A stretch of DNA of 55,289 bases from Octopus bimaculoides. Its lineage: Eukaryota. The notes beneath the pieces are model-generated. The model searched no databases. It had not been told where the DNA came from and saw nothing but the letters and a program-made list of their open reading frames with translations. This document shows positions 23,535 through 34,863 of this stretch, piece after piece. The position numbers were made by a program, and so were the translations under genes. The stretch covers positions 4,913,302 to 4,968,590 of the forward strand of contig NC_068982.1 of the NCBI RefSeq assembly GCF_001194135.2, given 5' to 3'. Numbering within the stretch: position 1 is the stretch's first letter; every line of letters starts with the position of its first letter.

Positions 23535-23695
23535 TTCTTTATTGCCCACATGGGGCATAGAGGAGACAAACATAGAGGGAAAAAACAAGGATAGATAAAT
23601 GGTTTAAGTCAATTACGTCAACCCCAGTGTGTAACTGGTACTTATTTAATTGCCCCCCCCCCAAAAAAAATGAAAGCAAAGTTGACCTCGGCAGG
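23535..23695 (-). mobile_element. Partial SINE family B
   Basis: TTTATTGCCCACA..AACTGGTACTTATTTAAT..GTTGACCTCGGCAG. Confidence 0.75.
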
Positions 23696-23904
23696 AGTCA
23701 GGTTAATATTAATATGATTATGCAGAGAGCTTTAAAAAGTTAACAAGAATTAATTATACAATTAAGAAAATACAACATTAGTCATTGACTAATATTATTT
23801 AAATTACTTTCACCAATATGGGGAGGGGGGGGGTCAACGTTTGATTTCCATTAGACTTCTTCAGCAAGGAATAGACATCACCAAACTTGCTGAAGCACTC
23901 TCTT

Positions 23905-24292
23905 TATTCTTTTACTTGTTTCACTCATTTGAATGCGGCCATGCTGGATCACCACCTTTAGTCGAGCAAATCGACCCCAGGACTTATTCTTTGTAAGCCT
24001 AGTACTTATTCTATCGGTCTCTTTTGCTGAACCGCTAATTTACGGGGATGTAAACACACCAGCATCGGTTGTCAAGCGATGTTGTGGGGACAACCACAGA
24101 CACACAAACACACACATATATATACATATACACATACACAATGGGCTTCTTTTAGTTTCCGTCTACCAAATCCACTCACAAGGCTTTGGTCGGCCCGAGG
24201 CTATAGTAGAAGACACTTGCCCAAGGTGCCACGCAGTGGGACTGAACCCTGAACCATGTGGTTGGTGAGCAAGCTACTTACCACACAGCCAA
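23905..24292 (-). mobile_element. SINE family C, near full length
   Basis: Reverse complement of 661-1016 consensus including head ACCACACAGCC. Confidence 0.9.
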
Positions 24293-24432
24293 AATAACAA
24301 AATAAATGTAAAACATACTCTGGTTGGTATTGACAAATTAAAATTTTTAAGAGTCTCAATTGCTCAGAGAAATTACGTATCGATTGTGTTCAACCATACC
24401 CCATGGCTAATTTCAGATCTTTATTGGAAGTA

Positions 24433-24470
<38 letters not shown>

Positions 24471-24639
24471 GTTGTTGTTGTTACTAAAATGTTTATTCCT
24501 CAAGTGTTTTATGTGTTCTTTGTTCTATCGACTGATTTTGCTTTGCTTCCTCCATTTAATTACCGTTTGAATTACATTTTACAAATAATTTCATACTGTT
24601 TCAGGAAAACTCTATTTGCTATACATGCTATTTGTCAGA

Positions 24640-24858
24640 CGGTGCCATGTAAAAAAGCATCTGTGCCGGTGCCACATGAAAAGCACCCCATACATTCTGT
24701 AAAGTGGTTGGCACCAGGAAAGGCATCCAGCTGTAAAGACCATGCTAAAACAGACAATGGCTTCGAAACAGACAATGGCTCCTGGCCTTGCTAGCTCCTC
24801 CTGTTAAACTGTCCAACCCATGCCTGTATGGAAAACAGACATTAAATGATGATGATGA
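24640..24858 (+). mobile_element. RTE 3' end (family A)
   Basis: AAAAGCACCC, GGAAAGGCATCCAGC, (GAT)n; internal tandem duplication of AAACAGACAATGGCT. Confidence 0.85.
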
Positions 24859-25659
24859 TGGATCATATAAACCCCAATACTTATTTCAGCCTGGCACTTA
24901 TTTCATTACACTCTTTGTCAAACCAATAATTTACAAGACACAGCAAGAAGTGACAGAAACTACGACAGCAGGCTTGAAGCCAGTGTACACATAGGCAGAG
25001 GCATAGATACACATACACATATGATAATAAAGAATTGAAACCAGTTAATAAAGTTGGTCGAATGGGAAGAAGATTACCTGCTGCTCTGCAGGTAATTGTC
25101 AGGCAGTGATAAAGTAACAATAATTAAAAGATTGAGGTCAAGGGTTAGTAATGTTATAAATACAAGTTCTCATGCGGAAGATGGAAGAAAGACGTATATC
25201 TATCAATGAATCAGCTGTTGAAGCCAAGGGCAATAACAATGACAGGGGAGATAATTAATATATGTTAGCGGATCGAATTATCAAATCCAATTTGTCTTTC
25301 ACGCTAAAACAAAAGAGAAATAAAACCATTGCAACAAAAACGAGGCTTAAATTACAAGCTAATCCTCATTAAGAGCTTCGGAATAAGGAATAAATTAATT
25401 GCAATAACAACAATAGGAGATGTGCTAACAAGATGCCAAATTACTAAAGCTTTCAACATCATGGAATATTTCTTTTATTGACTTCCAAATAGACAGATAC
25501 GCTTCCGATTCTTGTTTCATTATCTGTTAATCTTATTAAGTTTGGCTTCCTCAGAGAAGCATGTGTTGTGTAATCTGCTGCAGATTAAATTTAGGGTTAA
25601 TTTAGAGATTCAGTACACATGTAGGGGCCGGTTCACCATGTTTGTTTTTGTTGTCCTTA

Positions 25660-25935
25660 TTGTTTCCTTGTTTCAGTCATTACACTGCGGCCATGCTGGA
25701 GCATTGGCTAGAGGAATTTTAGCCGAATCAACCCCAGTACTTATTCTTCTGAAGCAAACTCAGACACAAAGACACACACGCACCTGTATGTATGTATGCA
25801 GGTGTAGGATGGACTTCTTTCAGGTTCCGTCTACCAAATCCATTCACAAGGGTTTGGCCAGTCCAAGACTATGGTATAAGATGAACCTGATACCATGTGG
25901 CTGCGAAGCAAACTTCTCCCCACACACCCATAACT
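25660..25935 (-). mobile_element. SINE family C (deleted)
   Basis: TGTTTCAGTCAT..GGCCATGCTGGAGCA..CCGTCTACCAAATCC. Confidence 0.75.
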
Positions 25936-25984
25936 GTGTCTTTACAAAATTAGTTATTAAGCAGAAGGATCTTGGTGATAATTT

Positions 25985-26320
25985 TCATCATCATCATCAT
26001 CATCATCATGGGTTGGCATAGGCTGGACAGTTTGACTGAGGACTGGGGAACTAGAAGGCTGCACCAGGCTCCAATCTGATCTGGCAAAGTTTCTAAAGCC
26101 AGATGCCCTTCTTAACATCAACCACTCCGAGAGTGTAGTGGGCGCTTTTACGTACCACCGGCACGTGGTCCAGACAGGTGGTTCTGGCAACGACCATGCT
26201 CAAAAAGTGTATTTTACGTGCTACCTGCACGGGAGCCAGTCCGGCGGCACCGGCAACAACCATGCTCGAATGTTGTTTTTCACGTGCCACTGGCAATGTT
26301 CACACTCGAATGGTGCATGA
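25985..26320 (-). mobile_element. RTE 3' end with three tandem subunits
   Basis: (CAT)n, GCACCAGGCTCCAATCTG, repeated TTTTACGT(A/G)CCACC units. Confidence 0.85.
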
Positions 26321-27204
26321 TTAATAGATAGATTTAAAATACTTTTGATGTCAATTTGTTTAAAAAGTGAGTATGAAGTATGCTATAAGTGAAAACCCAC
26401 AAAAACACAAACCAAAAACTTTCAAAACAGAATAAAATAGAAATGTTGTTTACAAAGTGAAGAACTGACTATAAATACGATAAAAACATGTATTTTTATA
26501 GCAAAACTGCAAGTTTCAAGTCATAAAACGCTATTCTAATTTCAGTTGTAGACAGCAGTAAATTAAATTTTACTGTTGTGTTTAGTGTTTAGTAAATAAT
26601 AATAAATACTATTATAGGAATGGTATAACATCATTCCTACCAATCCGTAACTCTAGTCTTCAACTACAAAATCCTCCGTTTGCTACAAATGGTTATAAAA
26701 AAAATAAAAAAATTTAGCAATGTCTGCTATGTAGATGATAGATTTCAATAAATAATGTTTTTACAATACTAAATACTTTTCTATATTTAAGAGATGAGGA
26801 ATTATGTACATTATTTATGTTTTTTACATTTGACGGATATTTGTCCTCATCTTGTGTTTGCAGCTGTGGTAGGTCATACAAAGGTGAAACATCTTGCCCC
26901 CTCAAAATAAGGGTAGAGGAACATCACAAAGCTGTGACATGAAGAGATATTGGTAAATCAGGTATAGCTGGTGATGTATGGGAAAAATGGAGACCACCTC
27001 CCCCAGTGGGATGAAGTTAAAATAATAGACAGAGAACATCACTGGAAAATACGAAAACTAAAAGAAGCAGTACGTATGCTAGGACACAACAACCTCCTAA
27101 GCAGACCAAGTGCAGATATCAATAGCATATGGAAACCGGTATTAAGGAAGGATAGGAGAATATTAGATTTATAAGCCCTAAAATTCACTCCATAATTGCC
27201 CACA

Positions 27205-27277
27205 GGCATATGGTGTCGTGGTTAAGAGCACGGGCTACAAACCCCAAGATTCTGAGTTCTATTCCAGGCAGTAACCT
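27205..27277 (+). promoter_or_regulatory. tRNA-derived Pol III promoter-like segment inside PLE terminal repeat
   Basis: A-box-like TGGTGTCGTGG at 27211-27221, B-box-like GAGTTCTATTCC at 27254-27265; other copies give TGGCATAGTGG and GAGTTCGAATCC (37938-37949, -). Confidence 0.7.
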
Positions 27278-27350
27278 GAATAATAATAATAATAATGATA
27301 ACATTGAAAAATACCTTAGGAATGAGAACCCAGGTTCAAAATTTCCCCAA

Positions 27351-27397
27351 GACGCCTGATGAAGGCTGGAAGGTATATCAGCTGAAACGTTTGTGTT
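27351..27397 (+). ncRNA. Minimal hammerhead ribozyme motif
   Basis: gacgc-CTGATGA-a-ggctg-gaaggtatat-cagct-GAAA-CGTT-tgtgtt. Confidence 0.65.
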
Positions 27398-27929
27398 AAC
27401 AACAAACAAGATGAGGACAAATATCTGTCAAATGTAAATAATGTAATAAGTACTTTGTTATTTTAAACTGCCTTGATTCTTCTCTCTTGTGCTATGTTCT
27501 GAGTCAGTAGTGGATATATTTATGAGATGTCTTGCAACCATTAATATGTCATTGAAACATCATTGTGGAATTCTGCCTAAGCCTAACCCCCATGAGAAAG
27601 AAGGAAAGTGATTGTATTCTATTGACAAGAATGAAAGGAAATACAAAGAATATTTTAAAATATGTACTTTTAATGAATATTGTTCAAAAATGAAGCAAAT
27701 TGCAGTCAAATAAAGATTTAATAATGCAAATGGATTGGAGTTTATCGATCAGAACACCTTACCTCTAACGTCAGCTTGCCATCTGGGCAATCTTTCATAA
27801 ATCCTTTATACCTGAAGAAGAAAAGAAGAAAACAGTTATAATCATTTATTTATATATGTTGCAAAAAAAGAAAAAAGAAAACTTCTGAATCAATTGCATA
27901 AATCTGCAATTAAAAGTCTAAAAATATAC

Positions 27930-28180
27930 GGTACTGGTGTCACATAAGAAGCATTGATGATGGTGCCACATAAAAAGCACTGGTGATGGTGCCATGTATA
28001 ATGATGCATCTAATACACTTTGTAAAGTGTTTGGCATTAGGAAGGGCATCCAGCCGTAGAAACCAAACCAAAACAGACAACAGAGCCTGGTGTGGCCTCT
28101 GGTCTTGCCAGCTCCTGTCAAAATGTCCAACCCACGCCAGCATCGAAAACAGACATTGATGGTGATGATGATGATGATAG
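27930..28180 (+). mobile_element. RTE 3' end (family A)
   Basis: GGTGCCACATAAAAAGCAC repeats, AGGAAGGGCATCCAGCCGTAGAAA, GAT tail. Confidence 0.85.
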
Positions 28181-28759
28181 AAATATCCACTTGAGTAAAT
28201 TCTATGAAGAAGAAGTCACAGAAGAATACTATTTCCAATAAACCTCTGTTGTAAGTTTTCCAATAAAAATATTATAAAAAAACCCCACTTTCAATATTTT
28301 TAAACATGAAGGGTGTATATTATACATAAATCGTAGACATTGTGTGTTTTACTGGAAATGTTTTATGTTTTATGTTTAAATTAAATGTATACTAATTATT
28401 TTAAACGAATTAATATTGGTTGGGTGGAGAATGTGATGCAACAATCTGAACTATTTGACAAATCAATGTAAGCTTGAACAAAATAAAGGCAATTAGATCA
28501 GATATATATAGACTTCTTTATTGTAATTTGTTATAGATTATAGCCATAGCAATATCTTGTCTAAGCGATGTCAACATTGTAATAAAAGGAAGCAAAATAT
28601 AATATTGACAATGAATAATTCTAAACTAAAATTTATGAAATCAATAAATATTGAGTATAAATAAATATTAATCATTTGAATTTAAATTAATTCAACTAGA
28701 TTGATGCTTAACTCAGTCGTTTTGGAGAAATATAAAAAAAAAGATTAACATCTAAGTGT

Positions 28760-29135
28760 AGGCGTGTCTGTGTGATAAGATGTTTGCTTTCCAACCACAT
28801 GGTTTCAGGTTCAGTCCTGCTGTGTGGCACTTTGGGCAAGTGTCTTCTAAAGTCTCTCCGCAGTAAGTATTTTATTGCAAAATAAATATTTATAAGATGG
28901 TAGAAGACTACAAAAGAATATATTAGACTTTACAAGACTTTAGAAAAACTTTACAGGAGGTGTTGAAAGTGTTGTCCTTCATTTTCAATACATAAGTTGA
29001 CTCTTCTACACATGTTTTGAAATACATATTGGAGAAAAAAAATTCACTGCAGAGAGACTTTTTGAACATCCTGTACTACAACTGTCCAAAGCCTTGTGAG
29101 TGGATATGGTAGGCAGAAACTGAAAAAAACCAGTC

Positions 29136-29190
<55 letters not shown>

Positions 29191-29410
29191 TGTGTATGTG
29201 CCTGTGTTAGTCTCCCACCACAGCTTGGAAACTGGTGTTGGTGTGTTTGCATCCCTGTAACCTAGCAATTCAACAAAAAAAAAAAGGGTCAATAAGAACA
29301 AATACCAGGCTTTAAAAAAAAAATAGATTCTGGGGTTGGTTCACTTGACTAAAATTCATCGAGGTGGTGCCCCAGCATGGCCACAGCCTAATGACAGAAA
29401 CAAGCAAAAG
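28760..29410 (+). mobile_element. SINE family C interrupted by a Tc1/mariner derivative
   Basis: Head at 28760-28849 resumes at ~29076 (CCAAAGCCTTGTGAGTGGAT) and runs to GAAACAAGCAAAAGA. Confidence 0.85.
28850..29073 (-). mobile_element. 224-bp Tc1/mariner deletion derivative (MITE-like) with TA TSD
   Basis: TA at 28848-28849 and 29074-29075; inverted ends AAGTCTCTCCGCAGT / ACTGCAGAGAGACTT; 28951-29025(-) encodes VFQNMCRRVNLCIENEGQHFQHLL*, a transposase C-terminus. Confidence 0.85.
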
Positions 29411-30136
29411 ATCTAAATCACTGACTCAAGAGTTGTATATTTAGAATACAAACTTTAGGACAAACAAAAACAAAACACAAACAATTGCATTTCTACAGAC
29501 AAAAATAAAGGGAAAGATGGAGAATAATTTGAAATTTATACACCTCATGGATACAGTTCAGAGATAAATGAAACGATCAAAAGAGGATATCTTATTGTTT
29601 CTGTGCATTATATACACTCATTTTAATCAAATCACGAACTATTAAAACTCCGGCCGTCAGTTAAATTATAAAACAGTCAAACCAAGAGTAATTAAAGAAA
29701 CTCAAGAAAGCAATAAACACAAAGATATTTTTAGAAATCATCTGAACAAGAGATGGAGAACAATTTATAAAGAAACTTTTGAAATAATAAAAGGTCATAG
29801 AAAGAGTAAATAAATGTGCCCTTTGCACTAAAGTCAGAACAGAGTTTTGATTAATGACAAGATAATCATAAAGTCTTGTTCTAGAATTATTAGAAATAAC
29901 AATAATAATAAGAAGAATAAACAATGCGACATTAATAAAAGGATAGTAATTAATATGGTTCTAAATGGCATTTTAAAGGAAATGCAAGAATCAATTAGCC
30001 ATTTCACTGATTTTCACCATTACAATAGCTCATAGTGTGACAAGAATGCAGACATTGACCGTATTGGAAATGTCTTGTTTGTTGAGCTTTCATTTCACTT
30101 CCATTCGTTCTATTTTTATGTCAATGTAGTTTTGAA

Positions 30137-30380
30137 AGTACATTATTTACATTATTTACAATTGATGGATATTTGTCTTCATCTTGTTTGTTGTTAACAC
30201 AATGTTTCGGCTGATATACCCTCCAGCCTTCATCAGGTGTCTTGGGGAAATTTCGAACCTGGGATGAAGGCTGGAAGGTATATCAGCTGAAACGTTGTGT
30301 TAACAACAAACAAGATGAAGACAAATATCCGTCAAATGCAAATAATGTACATAATTCCTCATCTCTTAAACATAGAACTG
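30137..30380. mobile_element. Head-to-head inverted PLE terminal-repeat dimer
   Basis: Minus arm with hammerhead 30196-30241; plus arm with 5'-broken core 30261-30301; candidate TSD TGTAG(T/G)TTTGAA at 30125-30136 and 30379-30390. Confidence 0.85.
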
Positions 30381-30439
30381 TAGGTTTGAATGGTCTAGAA
30401 ATTAAAACATTTGCGAAAGAGGGAAAGAAAAAAAAACAT

Positions 30440-30760
30440 AGGTGCAGGCATGGCTGTATAGTACACGGTTCTGGGTTCAGTCCTACTGCGTGGCACCTTG
30501 GGCAAGTGTCTTTTGCTCTAACCATGGGCCAACCAAAGCCTTGTGAGTGGATTTGGTAGATGGAAACTGAAAGAAGCTTGTGTATGTATGTGTGTATGTC
30601 TGTGTCTGCTGTTGTCCCCTACCACCGCTTGATAACCAGTGTTGTTGTGCTTATGACCCTGTAAATTAGTGGTCCAGTAAAAGAGACCACTAGAATAAGT
30701 TCCAGGTTTATTCTATAGTTTACTGGGTGCGGGGAGTCAATTTCATGGCCGTAGTCTAAT
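30440..30760 (+). mobile_element. SINE family C
   Basis: GCAGGCATGGCTG..GGGTTCAGTCC..GGCAAGTGTC..GTGAGTGGATTTGGTAG. Confidence 0.8.
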
Positions 30761-30884
30761 GACTGAAATAAATAAAACAGAAAAGACAGATATTCCATGG
30801 TTCCTTTTTACAAACCAACTCCACCGATTCTATCTTCATTGAATAAAAATTGGTATTGGAATAAAAGTTGTCCCTCCAGTGGTT

Positions 30885-31075
30885 ACAATGACAAGGGTCC
30901 CAGTTGATCCGATCAATGGAACAACCTGCCCATGAAATTAACATGCAAGTGGCTGAGTACTCCACAGACACGCATACCCTTAACATAGTTCTCAGGGAGA
31001 TTTGGCAAGATACAGGGTGTGACAAGGCTGGCCCCTTTGAATTACAGGTACAACTCATTTTTGCCAGCTGCGTCC
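30885..31075 (-). mobile_element. SINE family D fragment
   Basis: CCAGTTGATCCGATCAA..GAAATTAAC..GACAAGGCTGGCCCCTTTGAATTACAGG. Confidence 0.8.
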
Positions 31076-31564
31076 ACTCAGGAGTAAAAATACTGCACAA
31101 CCGGACATGTGATTATGAACCAAAACCTTATTATAACCAGTGTTCGGCTACTAGGTAAGATACATTGCTTTAATCTCAGTCTGCCTGGATGACAACAGGT
31201 TCCCCACTAAAAGTCACATTAGAAAGAGATAAAAATAGAAGATTTATTTTAAGCCTAAAAGGCCATTTCTTCTCTTATTGAATACATAAACTTCTAACCC
31301 TATTCTAAATCTAATCCAACAATTAATTCGTTGTTTCCCTTTCATACCATTCTGATCAATCAATTTTTTTTTCTTTGATCTTCATTCTTCTCAGTTAAGC
31401 CAATATCATTCAAAAAAAATATATATTTATGGATATATTGGAAGAAGTCCAGAGAATGATGTTAGGAAAGTGAGTGTTATCCTCAGACAGACCAAAGACT
31501 TTACCAAAATACTCGCAACAGAGTGGACTGTGTGAAAGGCTCCTAAAAGGAAGATGGTGACATT

Positions 31565-31663
31565 ACCTCTTTCAATACCAACCCGGCTGAAACTAAATTC
31601 TTTGTTATATTTAAAGTAATTGAAAGAAACACAGAGCATTTTAACAGAAATGTGACAAAAGGG
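31565..31663 (+). mobile_element. Internally deleted piggyBac-type MITE P2
   Basis: 5' part (ATACCAACCCGGCTGAAAC) fused to 3' part (..AAAAGGG-TTAA). Confidence 0.7.
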
Positions 31664-31694
31664 TTAAAATATATAATAAAGAAACAATTCTTAA

Positions 31695-31916
31695 CCCTTT
31701 TGATACCAACCCAGCTGAAACCGCCTCTAACTCTGTAGAACAAATGTCTTGTTTGCATAAGTTTTGAATTAAAATCTTCTACCAAACCTTAATCAGAATT
31801 TACGTTCCTAACCCTAGCTTAATGATAACTAAGTTATTTTGCTAATTTCTTTGTTATATTTAAAATTAACTGAAAGAAACACAGAGCATCTCAACAGAAA
31901 TATGGTAACAAAAGGG
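31695..31916 (+). mobile_element. piggyBac-type MITE P2, complete
   Basis: TTAA-CCCTTTTGATACCA...TGGTAACAAAAGGG-TTAA; 14-bp TIR with 1 mismatch. Confidence 0.85.
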
Positions 31917-32879
31917 TTAAACTGAGCAATGGCTCCCAAAGAATAGGAACAATTCTTCTGATGGGCCTCGGCATCGCCTGTTTACCAAATTTCATTTGCA
32001 CAGCTTGGTTGATGTGAAGTATCGATAAAAAGTACCTTCTCAAGATGTCACACACCCTTGGAGTTGCAGACTGAAAATCTTAACCACACAGCCACACCTA
32101 TGCCCTCTGCTGCTGCTGATTTATCTAATGACATTTTCTTGTCTATAAAAATGGTCATTGCTCCTAATTAAAGGAAATTTTTATAAAACTTGAATAACAC
32201 AAGTCAACATTTCTTGGGATGGCTGGGTGTATACAAATCACAGATCTTGGCTACATTTCTGCTATAATTATTTAAACATGGCGCTTTTGGACAGAATATT
32301 TCAATTTACCAAAATGTTTAGAAAACATATCAGATTTTCAGGAGATATATTACCAGAATAAGATTGACATCTCTTCAGGGACAAATTTTATTTCATTCTG
32401 GAGGAAGAGATTGTTTTCATTGATGTTTGAAAACTCATCAAGACCACTGAAATGAATGCACTTAACTTTATGAAAAGTTACAAGCCAATGGCTGCAGGAG
32501 AAACATGTGCAAGGATGGAATTCAAGAAGATAAATATTCTGAGAAAGGAGGAAAACAGAGAAGGATGAACGACGACTAATGTGTTTTTGGAAAACTATGA
32601 TTAGGTAACAAGAGGAAGAATTTTGTTGTTTGGAAATTTCTAGAAGTAAACATGATTGAAGGGGTGTGAAGCAGTTAATAATTCAGGGTAAAAAAATTAA
32701 AAGACTTAAAAATAAATTAATGAACTGAAAGTGTCTACATGAAGCAGACACAAGGCCACTCAGCTCTGAGGAACAAGGGTTACAGCTGAGGCAGAAAGCA
32801 GTGTGTCAGTGGTGCGAGAGACTTCATATCAATCAGTTGGATGGCCTTACTTCGGGTGTGGTCCATCACCATCACCACC

Positions 32880-33005
32880 ACCACCACCATCACCACCACC
32901 ACCATCATTTAACAACTGTTTTCCATGCTGGCATGAGTTGGACAGTTTGACAGGAGCTGGCAAGACCGGGAACTGGCAAGACCGGGAGCTGCACCAGGCT
33001 CCAAT
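32880..33005 (-). mobile_element. RTE 3' end (family A), short
   Basis: CATTTAACAACTGTTTTCCATGCTGGCATGAGTTGGAC; internal tandem duplication CTGGCAAGACCGGGA. Confidence 0.8.
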
Positions 33006-33239
33006 GAAACTGGATGATGATGATAACGATGATGATCATTTAAAAATTAACAATCTGCATGCTCATTAAACTCATTGAAGAAATGGTGAAATATCCCTCA
33101 CTTCAAACGCAGGTGCAACTAATTAGTTATTGTAAGCATAAATTAGCTATTACACATTTCACTGATCATTCACTAAAAGCTGTTATTCAGTTAACCTAAT
33201 CAATGTTCGCAGGTGAAATCAATTAGAATGTGATGTCAA

Positions 33240-33430
33240 GATTTCGGAGAAGATGTTGAAAGGTGGAAGCTCATGGAACTCTTTGTGTGGTGGATGAACG
33301 CTGATCTTAGGATGCTGAACTCCACAAAGGAAATGACAAAGGAACACAACAAAAGGATAGGATGCTGTACTGGAATGGACATACCCAACCCGTCTAAGCA
33401 TGGGAAAGTGGATGGGAAAACGATAATGGT
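33240..33430 (+). mobile_element. Decayed RTE ORF2 end + tail
   Basis: ADLRMLNSTKEMTKE resembles the RTE C-terminus; tail AAGCATGGGAAAGTGGA..AAACGAT. Confidence 0.55.
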
Positions 33431-33514
33431 GAGGAGACACACACACACAGAGGCACACAAAAACAACCTTGTGCAATATAAGAATTTTAATTGCTCATCA
33501 TTTCAAGTATACAA

Positions 33515-33915
33515 TAGGTGCATGTGTGACAGTTTGGTAAGAAATTTGCTTCTCAACCGCATGGTTCTGGGTTCAGTCCCACTGTGTGGCACCTTGAGAG
33601 AGTGTCTTTTACTTGGCCAGAACAAAGCTTTGTGAGTTGATTTGGTAGACGGAAACTGAAAGAAGCCTGTGTGTGTGTGTGTGTGTGTGCGTGTGGCTTT
33701 GTGTCTGCATTTATCCCCATCACCGTTTGACAACTGGTGTTGGTGTGTTTACATCCCGTTAACTTAGCAATTGCAAAAGAAACTGACAGAATAAGAACCA
33801 GGCTTAAAAATAAAAACAATAAATAGTGAGGTTGATTCATTCAACTAAAAATTCTTCAAGGTGGTGCCCCAGCATGGCCGCAGTCTAATGCCTGGAACAA
33901 GTGAAAGATAAAAGA
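33515..33915 (+). mobile_element. SINE family C
   Basis: Full head-to-tail match to family. Confidence 0.85.
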
Positions 33916-34123
33916 AAGACATAAACAGACATAATCCCAAAACACAGTCGGGCATCCCACTACTTTCAATGCAACTCATGCAGACACAAACCATTGATAG
34001 TCAGACAACAAGGAGACCTATACAGGGTTGCACAACCGACTAGAAACAGCAGCCAATACAAATCTGTTGTCAGATATGCTTGTCTGCATTGTATTATATT
34101 TGATTGTGGATTCTTTAATTTTT

Positions 34124-34580
34124 ACATTATTTACATTTCACGGATATTTGTCCTCATCTTGTTTGTTGTTAACACAACGTTTCAGCTGATATACTCTCCA
34201 GCCTTCATCAGGTGTCTTGGAGAAATTTCGAACCTGGGTTCTCATTCCTAAGGTATTTTTCAATGTTGTTGTTATTATTATTATTATTATTCAGGTCACT
34301 GCCTGGAATTGAACTTGGAATCTTGGAGTTGGTAGCCCGCACTCTTAACCACTATGCCATATTGCCGTGGACATATCTGAATAATAATAATAATAACATT
34401 GAAAAATACCTTAGGAATGAGAACCCAGGTTTAAAATTTCCCCAAGACACCTAATGAAGGCTGGAGGATATATCAGCCGAAACGTTGTGTTAACAACAAA
34501 CAAGATGAGAACAAATATCCATCAAATATGAATAATGTAAATAATGAACATAATTCCTCATCTCTTAAATATAGAACTGT
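34124..34580. mobile_element. Head-to-head inverted PLE terminal-repeat dimer
   Basis: Minus arm with tRNA-like head and hammerhead 34171-34216; plus arm with hammerhead 34446-34491 (CTAATGA core mutant); TSD ATTCTT(T/C)AATTTTT at 34110-34123 and 34581-34594. Confidence 0.9.
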
Positions 34581-34708
34581 ATTCTTCAATTTTTGTTGTA
34601 ATATTATCCAATATAAATCTGTCACATCTTTCCATTATGCAAGTCAGAAGTCAGTCTTCATTTCTAGTTCTTGTATCTTGTTTCCATGCTGTCAAAGTGT
34701 TCTGCCAC

Positions 34709-34863
34709 TTTAATGTTCAAAGTGGCTAGATTTAGCCTCTCACAACCTATCCTATAATGTTATTCTAAAAAAAAACAATGCCATCATTGAAATCTCAGAA
34801 CTTGAAAATAATGCGTGATTATTTCAAAACTGAATAAACAAGAGTAAACTGAATGCTAAAAGG
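34709..34863 (-). mobile_element. piggyBac-type MITE P1 (partial)
   Basis: Ends GAATGCTAAAAGG-TTAA, the reverse complement of the P1 left end. Confidence 0.65.

Larger units (their letters stand above)
26780..27446 (+). mobile_element. 5'-truncated Penelope-like element: inverted terminal piece + GIY-YIG C-terminus + 3' terminal repeat
   Basis: 26780-26858 inverted 3' piece; 26859-27174 CSCGRSYKGETSCPLKIRVEEHHKAV*..DHLPQWDEVKIIDREHHWKIRKLKEA..LGHNNLLSRPS (one stop, one frameshift); 27205-27446 terminal repeat; candidate TSD TAA(A/G)TACTTT at 26770-26779 and 27447-27456. Confidence 0.85.

Noticed and set aside
27205-27277. Functional tRNA gene call for this and other SINE heads
   Set aside because: A- and B-boxes are present but acceptor and anticodon stems do not pair properly; these are tRNA-derived repeat heads.
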